Shown one piece after another: positions 7,910 through 13,433 of a stretch of DNA of 14,473 nt. The DNA lies in contig JAGVGA010000078.1 of assembly GCA_020057345.1 (NCBI GenBank), positions 1 to 14,473 of the forward strand. Reading direction: 5' to 3'. The notes beneath the pieces are model-generated. The model made no database searches, was not told the DNA's origin, and saw only the letters and a program-made list of their open reading frames with translations. How positions within the stretch are numbered: the stretch's first letter is position 1; each line of letters starts with the position of its first letter. The stretch is from Candidatus Omnitrophota bacterium. Lineage in GTDB: Bacteria > Omnitrophota > Gorgyraeia > Velamenicoccales > Velamenicoccaceae. The translations under genes were made by a program, and so were the position numbers.

Positions 7910-9478
7910 TTAATGCTTAAAATGACGGATGCCCGTAAACACCATGGCGATGCCGGCCTTGTCTGCCGCGCGGATGACCTCGTCATCCGCTACTGAGCCA
8001 CCCGGCTGGATGATGGCCTTGATGCCGGCCTTCTTGGCTAACGCGATGTTGTCTGCTTTCGGAAAAAATGCATCGCTCGCCAGCACCGCGCCTTTGGCGC
8101 GTTTTCCCGCGCGCTTGATCGCCAAAGCGACCGAATCCACCCGGCTCGTCTGGCCCATGCCGATGCCGACAGTCTGATCGCCCTTGGCCAAAACGATAGC
8201 GTTTGACTTGACGTGCCGGCAAACCTTCCAGGAAAAAATGAGGCTGTCCAATTGAGCTTTCGTAGGTTTTTTCTTTGTTGCGACTTTTATATCCTTGGTT
8301 TCAAAATCTTTTACGTCTTGTTCCTGGACCAGAAGGCCGCCGTCGATCTTTTTCAGATCCAGCCCATGCCTGGCATTTGCGTTTTCGAAAGAAACTTCAA
8401 GCAGGCGCAGATTTTTTTTCAAGCCCAAAAGCTCGAGCGCCTCTTTTTCAAAACCCGGGGCCAGGATGCACTCCAAAAAACCGCTCTTTGAGATCGCTTT
8501 AGCCGCTCTAGCGTCAACGATCCTGTTTAAGCCGACGATGCCGCCGAACGCGGAAAGCGGATCTGTCTTCCATGCCTCCTGGAAAGCCTTAACTAAGTTT
8601 GCGTCCACAGCAACGCCGCATGGATTATTGTGCTTGATGACGCACGCGGCCGGCTTGTCGAAATCTTTGACGATCGTAAAGGCCGCCTGAAGATCAAGAT
8701 AATTGTTGAAAGAAAGTTCTTTGCCGTGGAGCTGCCTGGCCGTAACCAGGGAAGCGGCCACCGACGGGACGTCTTCGTACAGGGCGGCTTTCTGATGCGG
8801 ATTTTCGCCGTAACGGAGCACGGCCGCCTTCTTGAAATTCAAAGAAAGGGTGTCCGGCAAGACTTCCCCTTCTGCCTTTTTCTGATTCAGTTTTGCGCCT
8901 AAATACTGGGCGATCTGGCCGTCATAGCGCGAAGTCAATTTGAAGACTTCGATTGCAAGTTCTTTAAGCGTCCCCTCCGACACGCAGCCATTCGTGCGCT
9001 TCATCTCAGCCGAGATCCCCTCATAGAACCCCGGATCAGAGACAACAGCCACAAACCTGTAATTTTTTGATGCCGAGCGCAGCATGGACGGGCCGCCGAT
9101 ATCGATATTTTCGATCGCCTCCTCTAAGCTCACGCCTTCTTTTTTGATCGTCTGCGCGAACGGATAAAGATTCACCACCACCATATCGATGAGGCCGATG
9201 CCGTGCTTGTTGACCTGCTCCATGTGATCGGGGTTGTCGCGCAACGAAAGAAGGCCGCCGTGGATCTTCGGATGAAGCGTCTTGACGCGGCCGTCGAGCA
9301 TCTCGGGAAACCCCGTATAATCGGACATCTCGACTACGGACAGGCCGGCGCTCTTCAAGGCTTTGGCTGTCCCGCCGGTAGAAATGATCTCGACACCGAA
9401 AGAAGAAAGAAGTTTGGCAAAATCCACGATCCCGGTCTTGTCCGAAACACTGATGAGCGCCCGCTTGATCTTCAACAT
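7910..9478 (-). CDS. purH: Bifunctional AICAR transformylase / IMP cyclohydrolase (PurH)
   Basis: From the ATG at 9478 the protein starts MLKIKRALISVSDKTGIVDFAK (the MGS-like IMP cyclohydrolase domain). It also carries GRVKTLHPKIHGGLL and ends QPGGSVADDEVI...MVFTGIRHFKH. AAGGAG sits 6 nt upstream of this ATG. The 76 extra N-terminal codons of the 598-aa ORF overlap the upstream gene and are not PurH-like. Confidence 0.95.
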   Translation of the reverse strand: MLKIKRALISVSDKTGIVDFAKLLSSFGVEIISTGGTAKALKSAGLSVVEMSDYTGFPEMLDGRVKTLHPKIHGGLLSLRDNPDHMEQVNKHGIGLIDMVVVNLYPFAQTIKKEGVSLEEAIENIDIGGPSMLRSASKNYRFVAVVSDPGFYEGISAEMKRTNGCVSEGTLKELAIEVFKLTSRYDGQIAQYLGAKLNQKKAEGEVLPDTLSLNFKKAAVLRYGENPHQKAALYEDVPSVAASLVTARQLHGKELSFNNYLDLQAAFTIVKDFDKPAACVIKHNNPCGVAVDANLVKAFQEAWKTDPLSAFGGIVGLNRIVDARAAKAISKSGFLECILAPGFEKEALELLGLKKNLRLLEVSFENANARHGLDLKKIDGGLLVQEQDVKDFETKDIKVATKKKPTKAQLDSLIFSWKVCRHVKSNAIVLAKGDQTVGIGMGQTSRVDSVALAIKRAGKRAKGAVLASDAFFPKADNIALAKKAGIKAIIQPGGSVADDEVIRAADKAGIAMVFTGIRHFKH

Positions 9479-9484
9479 GTATCT

Positions 9485-9490
9485 CTCCTT
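9485..9490 (-). promoter_or_regulatory. Shine-Dalgarno (AAGGAG) for purH
   Basis: The minus strand reads TAAGGAGAGATACATG, giving 6-nt spacing to the ATG at 9478. Confidence 0.65.
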
Positions 9491-9518
9491 ATTTAAGGGA
9501 CAGAAGTGTACGTCCCCA

Positions 9519-10220
9519 TTAGACACTGAATTTGAATTCCATGATGTCGCCGTCTTTGACGATATACTCTTTGCCTTCCTGGCGCAGGTGCCCCTCATTC
9601 TTCGCCTGGTTGACATTACCGACTTTAACCAAGGCCTCATACGCCATGACCTCGGCGCGAATGAACCCGCGCGCGATATCCGAATGGATGCAGCCCGCCG
9701 CCTCAATCGCCGTCGCGTCCTTTCTCATCTCCCAGGCGCGCGACTCTTTGACGCCGCCGGTCAAGAAACTGACGCGGCCGGCCTGGTCATAGGCCTTGCG
9801 CGCGAGCACCGGCAAATCATCCGCCTCGACCTTGTCGATCAAAACAACCGGCTTGATCGTAACGAAATTATTATTGGCGATCCACTTCTTTTCCTCCTCG
9901 CTAAAAGTACCGGCGCACAAAGGCATCTCTTTTTCAAGGAGCTGCTGGCAACGGATCAAAAGGGCCTTCTCCTGGTCGCTCGCCGCCTTGGACAGCTTGC
10001 TTTCGACGATCTCCATGTCCATGATGAGGAGGTCCAATTTTTTCTCATTCAAACAGACGATCGCATCGGCATTTTTAAGGTCTTTTTCCGTTATGAATTC
10101 AACCTGAATGGCGGTGACCTTCGCAGAGCGGTAAAGCTCCTTTAACTTCTCCAGGCGCGCGTCAGGCAGGCTCTTTTTTCCAAAAGGAAAATCAGGGATT
10201 CCGAAAACACTGGCTTTCAT
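9519..10220 (-). CDS. YchF/OLA1-derived protein that keeps the helical and TGS (DUF933-like) C-terminal regions but lacks the P-loop NTPase motifs
   Basis: The C-terminal ~85 aa (ESRAWEMRKDATAIEAAGCIHSDIARGFIRAEVMAYEALV...LRQEGKEYIVKDGDIMEFKFSV) aligns by eye with the E. coli YchF C-terminus ([33 protein letters not shown]...[22 protein letters not shown]). The middle region (FSEEEKKWIANNNFVTIKPVVLI) matches the YchF helical insert. No GxxxxGKS/T, DxxG or NxxE motif is present. The ATG at 10220 is favoured, with GGAGAGG about 8 nt upstream. The GTG at 10229 is an alternative start. Confidence 0.75.
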   Translation of the reverse strand: MKASVFGIPDFPFGKKSLPDARLEKLKELYRSAKVTAIQVEFITEKDLKNADAIVCLNEKKLDLLIMDMEIVESKLSKAASDQEKALLIRCQQLLEKEMPLCAGTFSEEEKKWIANNNFVTIKPVVLIDKVEADDLPVLARKAYDQAGRVSFLTGGVKESRAWEMRKDATAIEAAGCIHSDIARGFIRAEVMAYEALVKVGNVNQAKNEGHLRQEGKEYIVKDGDIMEFKFSV

Positions 10221-10228
10221 AGACTTCA

Positions 10229-10237
10229 CCTCTCCTT
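10229..10237 (-). promoter_or_regulatory. Shine-Dalgarno region (AAGGAGAGG) for the YchF-like gene
   Basis: The minus strand reads TTTAAGGAGAGGTGAAGTCTATG. The purine-rich SD lies 8-11 nt upstream of the ATG at 10220, which is too close (2 nt) to serve the GTG at 10229. Confidence 0.55.
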
Positions 10238-10246
10238 AAAGTGGGC

Positions 10247-12205
10247 TTATTCCTCCTCGACCTTATGCCGAGGATACTGGGCGACGATCGACTGCGCGAT
10301 CTTTTGCGGCACTTCCTCATAATGGGAAAAACGCATGGTGTAACTTCCGCGGCCGCCGGTCATGGAACGAAGGTCGGTGGCATAGCGGAACATCTCGACC
10401 AAAGGCACCTGCGCCTTGATCGTCTGGTTTTTTGAACGGGCCTCGACGCCCATAACCCTCCCTCTGCGGGAATTCAGGTCTGACGGGATCGTGCCCATGT
10501 ACTCTTCGGGGACCGTGATCTCCACATCCATGATCGGTTCGAGAATAATTGGAACGGCGTCCATCGCCGCCTTGCGGAACGCAAGAGCCCCCGCGATCTG
10601 AAACGCGATGTCGGACGAATCGACATCGTGATAAGAACCGTCATAGAGGGTGACCCTGATATCAACCATGGGAAAACTTGTGATGACACCCCCCACCATG
10701 GCGTTGCGGATCCCCTTTTCCACCGAAGGAATGAAGTTACGCGGAATCGCGCCTCCGACGATCTTGTCCACAAATTCAAAAGCCTTGCCGCGCTCGATGG
10801 GCGCAAGCTCAATCCACACGTCGCCGTACTGGCCCCTGCCGCCGGACTGCTTCTTGTGTTTGCCCTGCGCCTTAGCCAATTTTTTCACCGTCTCTTTATA
10901 AGGGATCTTCGGCGTGCCGATCTCGACGGCAACGTTGTACCTTTCCTTTAGGCGCTTGACCATGACATCAATGTGCTGATCACCCATGCCTGAGATAACC
11001 GTCTCTTTGGTCTGTGTGTCGCGGGAGACCTTAAATGTTGGGTCGCTTGCGCAAAGCTTGGCGAGAGCCTCAGAGATCTTCTCCTCGTCCTGCCTCGTCT
11101 TTGGCTTGACCGAAGACGAGAAAACCGGTTCAGGAAAAACGATCGGGTCAAAAACCACCTGCTGCTTTTCATCGGAGAGCGTATCGCCCAGAAATGTCTC
11201 TTTGAGCTTGGCGACGGCCACGATATCCCCGCAAAAACCGGCCTGGATCGCGCGCTGCTCTTTACCCTGAAGGATCATGAGCTGACCTATCCTCTCTTTG
11301 GCGGTGCGCGAAGCGTTTAAAAAGCCGGTGTTGGAGGCAAGCTTGCCGGAAAATATCCTTAAGACCGTCAGCTGACCGACAAAAGGATCGGACACGGACT
11401 TAAATACAAACGCGGAAAAAGGCGCGTCTTCAGTCAGCTTGATCTGTTTTTTCTCCTGGGTATTCGGGTCAGAGGCGAAAACAGGCCTTCTGTCCAACGG
11501 CGAAGGCAGGTAATCGACAATGCCGTCCAGCAATTCCTTAAGGCCTTTGTCCGCGAAAGCCGAGCCGACGAAGATCGGATAGATCTTGCCTTCGACCACC
11601 GCACTTTTAAGCGACTTTTTCAGCTCCTCCTCTTTCATCTCTTTTCCTTCCAGATACTTTTCCAATAGGGCGTCGTCGCTTTCCGCGATGGTCTCGGTGA
11701 GCTCTGCCGAGAACGGCGTTTTGATGACGCAGGCGTTTTTGGAAAAACGCTCCTGAAGTTCTTTGATGATCGCCTCGACGCTCACATTCTCCTTATCGGT
11801 CTTATTGATAAAGATGAGCCTCGGTAAGCCCGCTTCTTCCAAAAGGTCCCAGGCGCGCTCGGTCCCGACTTCGATCCCGCCGGAAGCGTCGATCAAAATG
11901 ACCGCGCCGTCCACCGCGCGGACCGAAGAGATCATGTCCGCTATGAAATCCGCATATCCCGGGGTATCGACGATCTGAATAAAATGGTTTTTCCAGTTTA
12001 AGTTCAGGATGCTCGAATTGATGGAGTTCTTGCGGTCGATCTCATCGGCGTTGTAATCGCTGACCGTGTTGCCTTCGATGATCTTGCCTTTGCGCGACGT
12101 AGCGCCGGCGGCAAAAAGGAGGGCTTCGCAAAGAAACGTCTTCCCGGCCTGGGCATGCGAAACAAAAACAACGCTCCTTTTGGCTTCAGGTTTGACATTG
12201 TCCAT
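10247..12205 (-). CDS. Elongation factor G family paralogue (divergent, 652 aa) with non-canonical GTPase motifs
   Basis: All five EF-G domains are collinear with canonical EF-G: SHAQAGKT (G1), DTPGY (G3, with Tyr where His is expected), NKTD (G4), GSAFADKG (G5), YLPSPLD, SGMGDQHIDV, GGRGQYGD, TLYDGSYHDVDSS and YATDLRS. AGGAGA sits 6 nt upstream of the ATG at 12205. Confidence 0.85.
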   Translation of the reverse strand: MDNVKPEAKRSVVFVSHAQAGKTFLCEALLFAAGATSRKGKIIEGNTVSDYNADEIDRKNSINSSILNLNWKNHFIQIVDTPGYADFIADMISSVRAVDGAVILIDASGGIEVGTERAWDLLEEAGLPRLIFINKTDKENVSVEAIIKELQERFSKNACVIKTPFSAELTETIAESDDALLEKYLEGKEMKEEELKKSLKSAVVEGKIYPIFVGSAFADKGLKELLDGIVDYLPSPLDRRPVFASDPNTQEKKQIKLTEDAPFSAFVFKSVSDPFVGQLTVLRIFSGKLASNTGFLNASRTAKERIGQLMILQGKEQRAIQAGFCGDIVAVAKLKETFLGDTLSDEKQQVVFDPIVFPEPVFSSSVKPKTRQDEEKISEALAKLCASDPTFKVSRDTQTKETVISGMGDQHIDVMVKRLKERYNVAVEIGTPKIPYKETVKKLAKAQGKHKKQSGGRGQYGDVWIELAPIERGKAFEFVDKIVGGAIPRNFIPSVEKGIRNAMVGGVITSFPMVDIRVTLYDGSYHDVDSSDIAFQIAGALAFRKAAMDAVPIILEPIMDVEITVPEEYMGTIPSDLNSRRGRVMGVEARSKNQTIKAQVPLVEMFRYATDLRSMTGGRGSYTMRFSHYEEVPQKIAQSIVAQYPRHKVEEE

Positions 12206-12211
12206 GGTTCA

Positions 12212-12217
12212 TCTCCT
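12212..12217 (-). promoter_or_regulatory. Shine-Dalgarno (AGGAGA) for the EF-G-like gene
   Basis: The minus strand reads AACAGGAGATGAACCATG, giving 6-nt spacing to the ATG at 12205. Confidence 0.6.
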
Positions 12218-12266
12218 GTTTGAAATGACAAAAAACGATAAGGCTTAAGGAAGCCAAAAAGAGGGG

Positions 12267-13433
12267 CTATTCGACGTAGGTGTAGATCTTTCCCTTGTAA
12301 TTACGCAGGACATGCTTGCCCTTGTCCTGGGAGATGAGGTAATTCGGGCCGACGGGAATCTTGCCGCCGCCGCCGGGCGCGTCCACCACATAGGTCGGCA
12401 CCGCGTAGCCCGATGTGAAACCGCGCAGTTTTTCAATGATATTGATGCCCACCGCGACCGGCGTACGAAAATGCGCCGTTCCCTTGACCGGATCGCACTG
12501 ATAAATATAGTATGGCCTGACCCTTATCTTCAAAAGCTCATGCATCAGTTTTTTCATGATATAAGGTTTATCATTGATTCCTTTTAAAAGAACGGTCTGA
12601 CTGCCCAGCGGTATGCCGCTGTCGGCCAACATGTCGCAAGCAGCCTTGCACCTCTTGGAGATCTCCCTGGGATGATTGAAGTGCATGCTGATCCATAGAG
12701 GCTTGTATTTTTTGAGCATCGCGACAAAAGGCTCGGTGATGCGCTGCGGCAAAGATACGGGCACGCGCGTGCCCAGGCGGACAAATTCGACATGCGGGAT
12801 CGCGGTGACCTTCTTTAGGATCTCCTCGAGCTCGTCATCTTCCAGCATGAACGGATCGCCTCCGGAGATGAGCACGTCGCGGATCTTTTTATTGGAACGG
12901 ATATAGTCAATAGCGGCGTCGATCGTCTTAGAATTGATGGAAGAAACCTGTTTTTCTCCGACGAGCCTCCGGCGCGTGCAGTGGCGACAGTACATCGCGC
13001 ACTGCTCGGTGCCTAATAGAAGGACCCTGTCCGGATAACGGTGGACGAGGCCGCTGACAGGCGAATCCCTGTCCTCGGCGCACGGGTCAATGAACTCTTG
13101 ATTGCCGAAACGAAATTCGTCGATCAAAGGGATCGCCTGCCGGCGAATCGGACATTCCGGATCATTGGGATCCATAAGCGTCACCCAGTAAGGCGTGATC
13201 GCCATGGAGAGCCTGCCGTTGGATTTTTTGATCCCCTCTTCTTCCTGCGGCGTCAAGACAAGGACCTTGGCAATCGCCTCAAGGGTATGGATTCGGTTCT
13301 TGATCTGCCAATGCCAGTCTTCCCACGACTCTTCAGGGGTATCCTTCCATAGAGAAACCTTTTTGTAATCGCCGATGGAGCTGCGACGAAGGATGACTTG
13401 CGGCTGCTGAAGTTCGATGACGGGGATCGTCAA
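12267..13433 (-). CDS. kamA: L-lysine 2,3-aminomutase (radical SAM/PLP, KamA/AblA type), short form
   Basis: Near-continuous similarity by eye to Clostridium subterminale LAM: WEDWHWQIKNRI, SMAITPYW, DSPVSGLVHRYPDRVLLL, the radical-SAM CAMYCRHCTRRR, HFNHPRE, RVRPYYIYQCD and YVVDAPGGGGKIPV. The only start codon downstream of the upstream gene's stop that keeps the conserved N-terminus is the TTG at 13433. It has GGAGG 5 nt upstream and overlaps the upstream stop (TTGA). The ATG at 13640 would require a 200+ nt overlap. Confidence 0.85.
   Translation of the reverse strand: MTIPVIELQQPQVILRRSSIGDYKKVSLWKDTPEESWEDWHWQIKNRIHTLEAIAKVLVLTPQEEEGIKKSNGRLSMAITPYWVTLMDPNDPECPIRRQAIPLIDEFRFGNQEFIDPCAEDRDSPVSGLVHRYPDRVLLLGTEQCAMYCRHCTRRRLVGEKQVSSINSKTIDAAIDYIRSNKKIRDVLISGGDPFMLEDDELEEILKKVTAIPHVEFVRLGTRVPVSLPQRITEPFVAMLKKYKPLWISMHFNHPREISKRCKAACDMLADSGIPLGSQTVLLKGINDKPYIMKKLMHELLKIRVRPYYIYQCDPVKGTAHFRTPVAVGINIIEKLRGFTSGYAVPTYVVDAPGGGGKIPVGPNYLISQDKGKHVLRNYKGKIYTYVE

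Noticed and set aside
9479-9706. A 76-codon N-terminal extension of the purH ORF (the 598-aa version starting MRRRAASIRISRAG...).
   Set aside because: The extension is Arg/Ser-rich with no PurH similarity. It overlaps the 3' end of the YchF-like gene in another frame. The internal ATG at 9478 has a strong AAGGAG SD and yields the canonical PurH N-terminus MLKIKRALISVSDKTG.
9363-10145. A 260-aa plus-strand ORF antisense to the YchF-like gene and the purH 5' end.
   Set aside because: It is a shadow ORF opposite two genes with clear homology-type motifs. Its translation is Leu/Arg/Asp-rich with no recognisable motif and no SD. It also spans an intergenic region of the opposite strand.
9519-10229. 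The YchF-like ORF as a pseudogene fragment of a frameshifted full-length ychF.
   Set aside because: The upstream EF-G-like stop codon lies only 17-26 nt from the start, so there is no space for a G domain in any frame. The ORF is uninterrupted and has its own SD.
10247-12205. The EF-G-like protein as a Tet(M)/Tet(O)-type ribosomal protection protein (similar length, reduced G' region).
   Set aside because: Domain IV keeps EF-G-specific motifs (GGRGQYG, TLYDGSYHDVDSS) that ribosomal protection proteins lack. Those proteins also retain the catalytic His that is missing here. A protective role is not excluded, but a Tet(M) family assignment is unsupported.
12206-12266. A possible terminator, attenuator or promoter in the 61-bp kamA to EF-G-like spacer. 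The minus strand reads GGCTTccttAAGCC followed by ...TTTTTTG, and there are TTGGCT and TTGTCA hexamers.
   Set aside because: The stem is only 5 bp, and the T-run is separated from it by 6 nt. The -35-like hexamers have no acceptable -10 at 16-18 bp spacing. This is too weak to call from sequence alone.
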